64,000 nt of DNA from Octopus sinensis (Eukaryota), in the NCBI RefSeq assembly GCF_006345805.1, contig NC_043007.1:45632001-45696000 (forward strand), written 5' to 3'. A program made the position numbers and the translations under genes. Shown here one piece after another: positions 13,000 to 25,513 of the stretch. A model generated the notes under the pieces. That model made no database searches. It saw nothing but the letters and a program-made list of their open reading frames with translations, and was not told where the DNA came from. The stretch's first letter is position 1. Each line of letters opens with the position of its first letter.

Positions 13000-15900
13000 C
13001 TTTGCGTATCTCCTGTAGTTTGCTTTGATGCTCTTATTGTTACTGTATTGAAAGTGCTTTACGTAGGATGTGTACGGTGTCTAGTGGTACTATTTTCTGT
13101 ATCCTATATATACTTGTACGTCCTGGTGTTTTTACTATGTGTTTGTCTGAATAGTTTTTATCATACCTGAGTCGCCTACTATGATAGGAATTGTTTCTGT
13201 TTCTAGACTCCACATTCGTGTTAACTCTATTTCCAGGTTTTGTATTTTCAAAGTTTTCCTGTTTCTTTTAGAGAAACATTGTCATCTGCTGGTATTGATA
13301 CATCGATTAGAAAGCGGTTTTTTCTTGGTGATCTCTAACAACTATATCCGGCATATTGTCCTTAATTTCTCTATCTGTGGGTATTGGCATATCCCATAGT
13401 ATGGTTGCTTTCTAGTTTCCTGTTACCTTTCTGGCGTGTGCCTATACCATCATTTTTCTGTTTTTATTCCATAGTGTTCGCATAGCTTCCAATGTATATA
13501 GGTCCCAACTTTTTGTGTCTGCGAATATATTCCTTCTTAGCCAGGACTGGGCTATATATAGTTTATTGTTTCTCGTCCATCTCCACATATTCTGTAGTTG
13601 GTAATTTTTGGTAATTTCTGGTGTGTGTGTGTGGTCTTGTGCAGCAATTAAAAATTATTCAGTCTTTGCTTTGGTCTTGTGCAGCAATTAAAAATCCTTC
13701 AGTCTTTGCTTTGAGTCCCTGCGCTTCTCGACCATTGTTGGAATTTTGCTTTGTCTATTTCTTTTCTGGTTAGTTTAACCCAGTATTTGCCATGAACGGG
13801 GTTTTCTTGGCATCATAATCTGCTACTGTTCCAGTTTCACCTCGGATCTCACTTGCTTCAATCCTTTTGTTGTTTCTTCTTTTTCTTCATAGTTGTTAGG
13901 TACTATGACTTATTGCTTGTATTTGTCAGCTTCCTTAAAGACTGAACACAAGTTTTTGTTTTGTGCGTGTTTTGTGGCTATTTGTAGTAGTTACCGTTGA
14001 CTATGAAGTAGGTATTTCTGTATTCCTATGGTGGTTACTTTATGATAGCTTTCTAGTTGTATAAGACCTCTACCACCTTCGCTACACTGCATATATAACC
14101 TTTCTAGGAAGGTTATATATATAACCTATCTATGTCAGATTTTGGGTGAGGTATCCTAAATCCAGTCATTATTTTTCTTGTTTCCTGTCAATTTTGATTA
14201 GTTATTTTAGTGTCCAGTTAATAATATTGTAGCCATAATTTGTAACTGGCACGGCTATTATCTTGGTATTCGCATTGAGCTCTGTTTTCAGTATTAATTT
14301 AACTCGTCTATAGTATTCTTTTCTTATCTTCTCTTTCGTTTGTGTGTGTTGTATCGTATCTAGTTCATTGATTCCTAAGTATTTAATGTCTGGCTTTGAT
14401 CTAATTCTCATATTTCATTTGTTTTATCCAATTTGATGTTGCTACTCTTATCTTAACCAGTTTTACTCTTTTCAAGGTTGCTTGGACACATTTTTCTAAG
14501 TCAAATTTCATATTTCTTTCTTTGGTAAATCCATCTACTGTCTATGATAAGGTTTCCAGTTGTTTATCATTTGTAGCGTACAGTTTTACATCATCGATGT
14601 ATAAGAGATGGCTGATGGTTTTGCCGTAAAAGTTGTACCCATATTCAGTTGTTTAGCATGTGAGATAAAAGTTTCAGATAAAGGAGTGGCGAGTGTGTCT
14701 CCCTGGAATATTCCTCTACTAATCGAGATGGCTTCGATTTTTACGAGTCCCTCTTTTACCTGGAGCTGTAGCACTGTCTCCCATTTATTCATGGAATAGC
14801 TTATATTTTATGATTATTGGTGCTATCTTGTTCATGTCTACAGTTTCTTGGCAATCGAACCAGGCGATACTTATACCCTTCTTCCTTCCGTAGCTGTCTT
14901 CAGTGATGGTTTTATTGATCAATAGTTGATCTTTACAGCTGTATGAGCCATTGCAGCATCCCTTCTACTCTTCTAGAAGCAGTTTGTTTTCTTGCCTATT
15001 CTCTGCAATATTATTGCAGTAAAGGCTTTGTAAATTGTAGGGAGGCAAGTTATCGATCTGTAATTTTGTGGGTTTGCCTTTACAGTGGATTTGAGAATTG
15101 AGATAGTTTTTCCCTTTCGCGAGCCCCTCAGACATATTCTTTGACTCTGTTCGTATTACATTAAATTCATCAGCCAGCTTTTTATGTGTTCCTGTTGGGT
15201 ATTTTTTTTATCAGAAGTTGGGGATCTTGTCGTGCCCGGGTGCAACATCTAGTGTGATGTTGCTATTCTTAACTAGTTTTCCTGTTTTCAAGGTTGCTTG
15301 GACACATTTGTCTAAGCCAAATTTCATATCTATTTCTTTAGTAAATCCATCTACTGTCTGTAGTAAGGTTTCCAGCTGTTTATCATTTGTAGAGTACAGG
15401 TTTTGCAGTGCCTGGTTGACCTCTTCATTTGTTATAGAGCTCCAGAACTGTTCAGGTGCTATGTTCGCTGTTTTGTTAGACTTCGCCGACCATATTTATT
15501 CCCGAAATTCTTCCACTTCTTCTGTTGGTACTGCATTGATCTCTGTTTAATTTTGCCAGGTTCTTAGTAGAATCTTTTGGAGTTGGAGTTGAACTGTTTA
15601 CTTTTTCCAAAGAAACGTTGGCGTTTCTCATACCGGCGGATTCTTTGTGCTTTGGCGAAGATATCTTGCTTTAGCTGTTCTTTTACCTCAGGTATGCCTT
15701 GTTCTGTAATTTCGTATTTACCTAGTTTTTTGTCTTCTCTACTTGTTGCTCTAGTAGTGTTGATTGTCTACTAGTTTCATTAAGGATTGACAGATCCTGT
15801 ATCTTAGTTTCTATTTTTTCTGGATATCATTTATACATAGGTATTGGGGGGGGGGGTGATACTCATATCTGGATGAACTTTAGGGGCTATCCAGCTTCTT

Positions 15901-16100
15901 TTGTGGCTACAGAGGCTGCTGCATATATGATATCATTTAGCCTAGTCATATTGACATTTGTATCAGTAGCTATTAGATCTGTAGGGTCAGGTTCATGTTA
16001 TTTATTATTGATGTTGTTATATTATCAATTTTAATTTTGGGGAGGTACAATCGGTAGTCCATACTGAGATCTGTGTCTTTTAATTCTTTGGTTATTCTCT
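13000..16100 (-). mobile_element. Older decayed R4/Dong-like element, second subfamily
   Basis: RGIFQGDTL, KYLGINE...IRKEYYRRVKLILKTELN and a zinc-finger-adjacent PVLAKKEYI segment. Many stops and indels. Confidence 0.85.
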
Positions 16101-16109
16101 TTTTTAGAG

Positions 16110-16159
<50 letters not shown>

Positions 16160-16196
16160 CATCAACAACAATAACAAAAGCAACAACAACAACAAC

Positions 16197-16264
<68 letters not shown>

Positions 16265-16284
16265 TAATAATAATAATTATTATT

Positions 16285-16824
16285 GAGTGAGAAAGCAGTA
16301 CATGCAAAGTGACACTGGGGTACAAATATATGAAGCCCAGTATATCCATCATGACTACACGTCTGATAAGGTCACGCCAGGCACATGCATCACAACCATA
16401 TGTGCGCCACATGGTGATCTCATATCAAGATGATCAACATGACATTGCAGGTAGGGCCCAGTTAGAATTTTCTTCTGGCCGAGTAGCCCATCCCGCTCAA
16501 AAGGTCCGTGAATAAGGGTTGTTTATGGACGTTGAACGAAATACCCATGTTTCGAGAGGTGAATTATTCAAACCCCAAAGAATCCCTCTCAACACATGGC
16601 TATGATGCTCCCCCACTACTTCTGCTCGGGATCAGAGATGCACATATCTTCAGCCACTAAGGGGCATGTTCATCAACTGGTTAAGGTCAAACAACTGACA
16701 AGCAAATCTTTGGTATTGAGCAGAATATTTGCTGTAGCCCATCTTTTATACCAAGAGAAAACAATGTACATGATAACACTTCCAATCAGTTAAGATCAGA
16801 AGCCTTGAGAGCCACTGCCTGGTA
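16285..16824 (-). mobile_element. ~560-bp (TAA)n-associated repeat, near full length
   Basis: Colinear with 8411-8951. Confidence 0.9.
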
Positions 16825-16829
16825 ATCAT

Positions 16830-17290
16830 AATTGTAATTTTTGTGGGTATTCTATCTTTACATTTGTACCAATCTTTTTGACCGATGTTGGTAGTTGAGT
16901 GCTGATACTTCCAAGTACGCCAATTACTATTGGTATCATGTCTATTCTCCTCATTGACCACAACCTTCGTATTTCTCACTTCAAATCGTCGTAGTTGTTC
17001 AGTTTTTCTTCTTTCTCTTTGATCCTTTTGTCCCCGGGACATACTATGTCGTTTATCATGCAAGTTGTTTCCTTGTTATTCACCGCAACAATTCCCGGTT
17101 TCCAATGTCTGATCAGGTGATCGCACTGAATCATTGTATCCCACCAGATTTTGCAATTTTTTTCTCGGTACCTACTTCTAGGGTTTGCTCATATCACGTC
17201 TTTCCTCTTTGTAGGCTGTGATTTCCACAGCGATCCCAATGGATCATTCTTGCCACATTGTCATGGCATCGTTTGTAACCATCTGCCAAT
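16830..17290 (-). mobile_element. R4/Dong-like C-terminal remnant, third subfamily
   Basis: VGCLELADGYKRCHDNVARMIHW resembles the C..LA..Y..RHD.VA..IHW block after the CCHC finger. Confidence 0.65.
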
Positions 17291-18459
17291 TCAAGGCATC
17301 CGACCAAAACTTTTAATGGAAGTTTACTTGTTATTGCTGATGTTAATAATGAGAGGACACTTGTAGAGTTAAGCAAGAACTCATTAATTGATATATTCTA
17401 ATGGACACTCCGACATGGATATTCACCGGTCGACCATCCAATAAAATTCCATCGTCTGCCAGCTCGGTAGGGGAATGAGATGTTGCTCTTCTGACGTCCC
17501 ATATGATATACAAGATTGTCACATATGATGTGACTGAGTTGAAAAAATCCGACCACGCTCCATCAGATGATGATTATGTCGATGATGATGATAATGGTGG
17601 TGATGGTGATGATGACGAGGACAATGACGACGACGACGACGACGATGATGTGGTGATGATAATGTTGATGATGATGATGATTATTATGATGACGATGATT
17701 TATCGGCCATGTACGGTGGCCAATAAATGGACCATTAATCTTTCCTTAAAATTTGTGCCCGTTTTATTAAAATTATATCAGTAATTGAGTTGCGAAAAGC
17801 ATGAACACGCTTTTGTTGTAGTTCCAAAATGATTTAAGTCAGAGGCGAAGTTAATCAGAGTAAGAGGTGGGTTATACTCGTGCATGCCTTGTGCAGAGGC
17901 CCTCTAAGACAAACACTTGCCTGTTTATGTTGGAAATTCTTATTGCAGTTGTCCGTTATCTATTTGCTGTTATTGAGATTGTTGTCAGTAAATATGATAT
18001 CTACTTCAGAATGCATCTACAAGTCAACAGATCTCATATTTTTAGAAGAAACACCCTGGGATATTGAAGTATTTAAGCTTTTATTAAAGTTGTTAGGTAG
18101 CTAGGTAAAAATTTAATATCTTTTAATCTAGAAACCGTGTAAAGGAATGAAAAGAAGGCTATTTAAAGCATATTTTATAATTATTTCATGCGGTGATCGT
18201 AATAACTTTGTTGGGAAGGCGAAGCTACTCATTGATTAAAGGACCTGCAGATATTCCTGGTACTGCTTTAGGAACTCATATTATAATAAAACGAAAGCCA
18301 AACTAGCTATGATTTGAATTACGCCTGGAAGTTTGGAACTAGCCGTTGTCGTGTACTGAAGTGCCTTTCACATTTCCCTGCCATAGATATTGTTTAATGA
18401 TCAGTAAAGCCAACAGTTGCAAGACGTACCGATTACACTGGAGTGAAAACTAATTCAGT

Positions 18460-19050
18460 AGAACACCCCTGACAATATATGGGATATGTGCAATCAGAAA
18501 ACAGAGTATGTGAAGCAAAAATCAAAGGGAAGGAGATTGCTAGAAAGAGACTGAACAAAAGAATAAATAAAAACCAAAAACCTGGCAAATATGCAAACAT
18601 CAAGAAACATTCATATCAGAACTATAAAAGTTATTAAAGCGTTATGTATCGTCCACTCTGTGGAACTGAAATACTAACATTAATAAACGTATTAACAAAT
18701 AGATTAGATGGCTTTGACATGTGGACACGTAGAGGACTTCTGAGAATATCATGGACAGAAACCAACACCAATGATAAAACACAAAGGACAGCAAAATCTA
18801 AGAAAATTTTATTCGATGCCATCAAAGAAAGAAAACTACAATATGTTGACTTATTTTCTAAAATAGCTTACAGAGAGTGTTAAAAGAAAGGAAATTGGAT
18901 GAAGAAGCGAGAATGAGGAAAACCAGCAATTCCATTGATAGAGAGTATCATGAAGTTGACAGACATAAAATATAGTGAATGAACAAAGACACAAAGACCA
19001 AGAACGTATGCACGAGATTCGATCTGCTTGAGAGCGATCGGTATATGTTG
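18460..19050 (+). mobile_element. RTE-clade LINE 3' fragment with (GAT)n tail
   Basis: LCGTEILTL...RLDGFDMWTRRGLLRISWTE..TN is typical of the RTE C-terminus. Frameshifted. Confidence 0.7.
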
Positions 19051-19922
19051 ATGATGGGGATGATGATGATGATGACGACGACGAAGACCACGACGCGGAC
19101 GTCGACATGGTGACGACGACGGCGACGACGACGACAACGACGACGACGATGATGAGATTACGATAACGATGATGATGATGATGATGATGATGAAATAACA
19201 GGCCCTCTAATACGATTATAAAGGATGTTCGGGATGTTTCTACAAAACGGGTTGGATACCGTGTTGTTACAAGAGTTTTCTAAGCGAACAGCAAATAACT
19301 TTTTTTGAAGTTTTAGTCATGGTAAGAAGAAAGGAATAAATTATTGCTCAATAGAATGGAGCCTTCGTCACAAGATGGATTTGCTTAAAGGTACAAAAGG
19401 ACCAGGCTGACGGTGGTGTTTAACAGTGTGTATTTTGATCAGAAATAAATCTGATAGACATTTGAAATTCTATCAGAAATGAATAGCTTTCACATATATT
19501 ACAAAAATTATAGTGTTAACTATCATATGATAAGTAACATAGGCAGTAACCTTTTGCTACCATGGGTAGCAAATATAGAATACATGCAATAATTATCATT
19601 TCACTTTCATCATATTTCAAATGATGGCATGAATGTTAATTTTCAAAAGGAAAATATTCATTATATAAACAATTATCAATACTTTCAAATGGAAAAAAAA
19701 AAAACGTAATTTGGAACGAAAATTAGTCTCCATGTTCATTTTATATTATTGAAGTTCACACACCACCATCACCACCAAATTTCTCTCTCCATCTGTGTGC
19801 GGGTGTGTGTGCGCGTGTATGTGTGGTTGTCAAATCACATTGCTGCAATAATGTGTATATTATATTATAATATAATATAATATAATATAATATAATATAA
19901 TATAGTAACATTCAGCAGTTAG

Positions 19923-19955
19923 CACCTGATAATGACCGCTGAAACACTTGTAGTG
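19923..19955 (+). ncRNA. Degenerate minimal hammerhead-like motif
   Basis: CAC-CTGATAA-TGACCGCT-GAAAC-ACTT-GTA-GTG. Stem I intact; core G8 and stem II damaged. Confidence 0.3.
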
Positions 19956-20210
19956 ATTAGGAATATATCTTGTTCATTCCATCTCTCGTGTTAAAATGAA
20001 TACTTTACTGATACTTGCGGATTTCCGCATGTTTATACTGTAAAAGTAGAAGAGCAACTGTATAGTATAGCACTTGGCTGCTAATACCCGAAGAGAAACA
20101 GTTGAAAGGACGCTGCAATGTTATTACCCAAGAGACATTCAATTACAGACACACGCACACATTCACACACACATACTCAAACGCACGCACACACATTTTT
20201 TATTCTTTAT

Positions 20211-20748
20211 ATTATTTTACATGTTTCAGGCTTTTGACTGCGGTCATTCTGTAGCACCGGGTTGAAGGGTCTTAGTCGAACAAATCGATCCCAGGACTTA
20301 ATTTTTTAAGCCTAGTACTTATTCTATATTTCTCTTTTGCCGAACCGCTAAGATACAGGGAAGCTTCGCAAGCATAGCTGTGTGGTAGGAAGTTTGTTTC
20401 CCAACCACATGGTTCCGTGTTCTGTCCTACTATATGGCACTTTGGGCAGTTGTCTTCTACTTTAGCCTCGGGCCAATCAAAGCCTTGTGAGTGGATTTGG
20501 TAGACGGAAACTGAAAGAAGCCTGTCGTATGTATATGTGTGTGTGTGTGTTTGTGTGTTCCCTATCACCACTTCACAACTGGTGATGGTGTGTTTACGAT
20601 CCCGCAACTTAGCGGTTCGGCAAAATAGACCGATAGAATAAGTACAGGGCTTAAAAAAATAAGTCCTGGGTTCGATCCATTCGAGTAAAAGAAATTAAAA
20701 GCAGTGCTGCAGCATGGCCGCAGTTTAATGACTTAAACAAGTAAAAGA
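20211..20748. mobile_element. SINE family B inverted pair (minus 3' half, then plus near-full copy)
   Basis: 20211-20360 is the reverse complement of ~20605-20748. Confidence 0.8.
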
Positions 20749-20768
20749 CACACACACACACAAATACT

Positions 20769-20822
<54 letters not shown>

Positions 20823-22330
20823 GGTTCTTCAACTTTGTTTAGCCGAGAAGCGATTCTTTCTTCTTTAATAATAGTCTCACCACCGAAGGTAAAACATATT
20901 TGAAATTCTGTTAGTTTTTCTAAGACTATCCTCGGAAGCTATAGTTAAAGATGAATATGAAGAATATAAATTCTAACTCATTACGACGGATAACATAGTT
21001 TGAAGTAGCAACCAGAAATCCTTATCTTCATCCTAGAAGAGTATATTTAAAGGAGTTTGCGAAATTTGTTCGTTGCAAAAGCAGAAACTGTGGTTAGGCA
21101 AAGAATGTTTTTGTTAGGTTGAACTGCTCTGGAAATGTTTTATCTATATCTAAGAATTTTTTTTTTCTCTACTATTAACAGTTAACGGTTAAAATGTGGA
21201 AAAAAGGGTGTGGTGGGGATAGGGGTGCGGAGTGGAGATGTTGGTGAGGGGGTGGGTGAGTGGGAATGGAGTAGCGGTGGTAACAGTGAAGACAGGATGT
21301 GGGTAGGAGTGAACGTAGAATACAACTCGTGATCGAGTAAGACCACTTTCTAAACTTGGTAAGTCCATGCAAACGTTCTGTGACCCCAAGGAGTTCCTGT
21401 ATGCGAACTTCTTTTGAGTGGATAAAATGTTCTGTAGCATTTAACCCATTTTTCAGCGCGCATTCATCTATAAAACCAATGGCACAACATAGTTTGAGAT
21501 GCTCTGGAATCTTCATTTTTTTCCCCCTTTTTTTATAGTTTACTTTCTACAACAGATTTTTGTAAACATTTTTTTTATCGATAGATCCCTTTGATTATTA
21601 TTTCATTCTGGTTGACCTCAAAGCCATTCGATGCTTAAAAACTAGTTTTATAGATGCTTCTTTCAAAATTCCCATTTTGTTTTAAACACATTAACTTGTG
21701 TAGGTTGAACTATGTAAAATGTTAGAGAAAGAAACTTAGTTGTTACTTGCAATACATATCAATACATATTTTTAGAGGAAAATTTTTTCAGGGACCCTTA
21801 AACCAATGGCCGAGTTCTAACAAACACTACAGGTTCTTCATTTCTTGCGATTCACGTGATAATTAACACATGACTAGGATCCTTACAGATGTTAATAGTC
21901 CGGGTCAAAATAGACTTGGGAACAATAGTGGCTAAAACTGGTTCCATTGTGAAGGTGTGTATGTCTGTACAGACACAAACACACATTCCCTCTCATCGTC
22001 CTCTCATCTGTCTATGATTCTTTCCTTCTCACTTTGTGTGTAGTATTCCTTCACTGATTGCTCGCAAACAAGTCTTGCATGTGCATTAGTCCTGCACCTC
22101 TTATATTTTATGTTTTATCATTCACTTGTTTCAGTCATTTGACTATAGCCATGCTAGGACACCGCCTTGGAATATACTTTTACTTGAATGAATCCACCCC
22201 AAGAGTTACTTTTTAAGGTTGGCATTTTACTCTGTCGATCTCTTATGTTGAACCGCTACATTACGAGGACATAAACGCACCAGCACCGATTGTTAAGCGG
22301 TGTGGACACACTCACACACACACACACTCA

Positions 22331-22553
22331 CACGGGGGTGGGGAGGCTGAAAAGAGCCTGACTCTGAGTAAAAGAAAATAAAGGAGGATCAGTTAATTAT
22401 GATTTTATTCAACTTATTCCCGTCTCAGTTTCACAGATTTATTACAGCACTCGTTCAGTTTTTCTTAGCTCTGAAAAAAAAACTGATGCTTGGACCTCCA
22501 GCCAGGCCTTTCCCGATGGCCTTAAAGCCAGGAACTTTTCAGCGCCCCTCGTG
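22331..22553. mobile_element. Mariner-type MITE
   Basis: Imperfect TIRs CACGGGGG..GCTGAAAAGAGCCTGACT / AGCCAGGAACTTTTCAGCGCCCCTCGTG. Confidence 0.65.
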
Positions 22554-22769
22554 AGTGTATATATATATATCGGGGCCGATTCGATAATAACGGAATTTTT
22601 TATAAATTTCTGTTTCAAGACGCGTTCTTATAGTGATGAATTATATGGTTATTGACGATTTAAGTCTATTTTCAGCATATTTGGCATTGAAATTTTTTCT
22701 TTTGCCTTTGTTTATAAGTTGTATATGTATATAATTGCAGCGTGTAACATGTTTATAAGCCGTTTAAAA

Positions 22770-22835
<66 letters not shown>

Positions 22836-23609
22836 CAGTGGCGTATGGTGGATATCGTCATTGGGTGTGCTGCCACACTGACCATGCTGTGACTAGAATT
22901 ATCATTACACAAAATAGGCATACAAACTGTGTAGGTATTTGTATTCAAAATGTAAGATTCAAAATGTAAATAAAGTAAACTTAATTCAATTGGGATATCA
23001 ATATATGATTCTAAAGTAAACTGAATTAAAACTATCTTATAAATTGTAAGCATTCTAAAACAAGCTATAATTTTCTTATGCGCACAGACTGAAAAATAAG
23101 AAACCATACGACTTTACTTACTTAAATTATTTATAAGTTCTATACTTAAAATATACGATAGCCTCATCGTACACTGAACCACTATGCTTGAGCTGCATTA
23201 GTCCACGTGAGATAAGTTTTGTTTCTGACTTCTAAAAGTGTAATATTTGTTTTGAAAACTACTTAGCATCAAAGTTATACGATGATATTGCAAGAAATAA
23301 AAATATTAAAAAAAAAAATAGTTGTCGAATAGTTATGGAATTTAAGATTTATTTAGTTATACAATTTGAAGCCATGGAAACGAACTGCGACCGTTCTGTC
23401 AAAGCAGTCGCACACCTTACGCCATTAATTTTTTTGCCATTCTCCCTACTATCCTACGATACACTCGGTAGCATATTATGATACAATGCGCTGTGTATCA
23501 TAATACAGGTGTACAGTGTTATTTCAGGCCACCCACCACCAAATTTCAGATTAAATTAATGAGTAAGATTAACATTTATAATGAATTTGATATTTTCAGC
23601 GGGTATGCA

Positions 23610-23653
<44 letters not shown>

Positions 23654-23657
23654 TATA

Positions 23658-24100
23658 GTGACGTATTTTTGCCATATTGAAATGGCAAAAATACGTCACG
23701 ATGTGTTACCGCTACTGTATATAACTCACTTTGATATTTATCATTGTTTGATTTCACTTTTTCAATATCAGCGACAGTGGACGCTGGAAAAAGTATAAGT
23801 ATTTGTGAAGGAAATCTAATTCTCGGCGACAACTATGATTGTCACACGCTGACGAGAGGTCAATACCTCGAAACTCGAGTCCGTGTGTATCATAAGTTGA
23901 AGACGGGAAGGATGACTTCCTTTGCAAATACTGACAGGACACAGATAGTGTGTCTATGGCCAGCTGGAGGAGTGTGTCCTCCTGGGGCTAAAAACTACAG
24001 TAGCATCCACCCTTAGGGGTTAGCCATATTGAAATGGCAAAAATACGTCACGATGTGTTACCGCTACTGTATATAACTCACTTTGATATTTATCATTGTT
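23658..24100 (+). mobile_element. Terminally redundant non-coding element in (TA)n, putative retrozyme or non-autonomous Penelope-like element
   Basis: 78-bp direct repeats at 23671-23748 and 24023-24100 (period 352). 18-bp terminal hairpin at 23658-23699. Internal hammerhead; (TA)n on both sides. Confidence 0.8.
23843..23887 (+). ncRNA. Minimal type-I hammerhead ribozyme
   Basis: CACACG-CTGACGA-GAGGT(CAAT)ACCTC-GAAA-C(TCGA)G-TC-CGTGTG. Perfect stems I and II, full core, palindromic loop 3, GUC cleavage after 23881. Confidence 0.9.
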
Positions 24101-24155
<55 letters not shown>

Positions 24156-24444
24156 TATACATATGCATATACATATAGACATACTGGTAGAGTAACATGA
24201 ATTTTCAGAAGGAAAATGTGCTGACACTGTGAGTCAATTTGAATTTACGGCCTGCCTGCCGTTATCAGTCCGATAAGTGTCATAGACGAAACTCCTGTCT
24301 CTTTTACAACATTTTAACAATTAAAAATATGAAAAACTATATACACTCATATACTAAGTTGCTCCCCCCCCTGTTTCTTTGACTAAATCGATGATTATAT
24401 TTATCCATTTATCTAAAATTCTGTTTCTATTTCCAAACACAATC

Positions 24445-24538
<94 letters not shown>

Positions 24539-24703
24539 AATCTATCTGTCTGTCTGTCTGTCTGTCAGCCCGTCAGTCAATCTGTCAATCAATCAATCAA
24601 TCAACCTAGAAATGTATGTATGCATGTATGGATGTATATATATATATATATTATTTACATTATTTACAATTGACGGATATTTGTCCTCATCTTATCTGTT
24701 GTT

Positions 24704-24749
24704 AACACAATGTTTCGGCTGATATACCCTCCAGCCTTCATCAGGTGTC
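24704..24749 (-). ncRNA. Minimal hammerhead-like motif lacking helix III
   Basis: GACAC-CTGATGA-A-GGCTG(10 nt)CAGCC-GAAAC-ATT-GTGTT. The inverted copy reads GAAACGTT. Confidence 0.65.
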
Positions 24750-24831
24750 TTGGGGAATTTTTGAACCTGGGTTCTCATTCGTAAGGTATTTTTCGATGTT
24801 GTTGTTGTTGTTTTTGTTGTTGTTGTTGTTG

Positions 24832-24874
<43 letters not shown>

Positions 24875-24891
24875 CATTATTGTTTTTATCA

Positions 24892-24923
<32 letters not shown>

Positions 24924-24926
<3 letters not shown>

Positions 24927-24994
24927 TTCACTGCCTGGAATCGAACTCAGAATCTTGGGGTTAGTAGTCTGCGTTCTTTACCACTACGCCATAT
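24924..24994 (-). promoter_or_regulatory. tRNA-derived Pol III internal promoter (A and B boxes)
   Basis: TGGCGTAGTGG ... GAGTTCGATTCC with tRNA-like spacing. Cloverleaf imperfect. Confidence 0.7.
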
Positions 24995-25298
24995 GGTGAA
25001 GGCTGGAGGGTATATCAACCGAAACGTTATGTTAACAACTAACAAGATGAGGACAAATATCCGTAAATTGTAAATAATGTACGTAATTCCTCATCTCTTA
25101 AATATTGAACTGGATGTATATATGTATGTATGTAGGAATGTATGTATGTATGTATGTATGGATCAATGGATGGATCGATGGATCGATGGATGAATGTACA
25201 TATGTATGTACGTAGGTATGTATGTAAGTATGTATGTACGCATGCATGTATGTATGTATGCATGTATCTAAGTACGTAAGTATGTCTCTCTCTCTCTT

Positions 25299-25373
<75 letters not shown>

Positions 25374-25378
25374 GTCTG

Positions 25379-25429
<51 letters not shown>

Positions 25430-25430
25430 G

Positions 25431-25505
<75 letters not shown>

Positions 25506-25513
25506 GTCTATCT

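Larger units (their letters stand above)
24655..25112 (-). mobile_element. tRNA-headed, hammerhead-bearing element with an inverted terminal copy
   Basis: Minus strand: tRNA-like head, (TAA)n(CAA)n, then a body with a hammerhead-like motif. 24997-25080 is an inverted copy of 24658-24740. Confidence 0.75.

Noticed and set aside
22836-22890. hAT-like terminus CAGTGGCGTA
   Set aside because: No matching opposite TIR or 8-bp TSD found.
24012-24023. Telomere-like TTAGGGGTTAG
   Set aside because: A single imperfect unit.
24924-24994. Possible tRNA gene
   Set aside because: Acceptor and anticodon stems do not pair properly and it is embedded in a repeat; treated as a SINE-type head.
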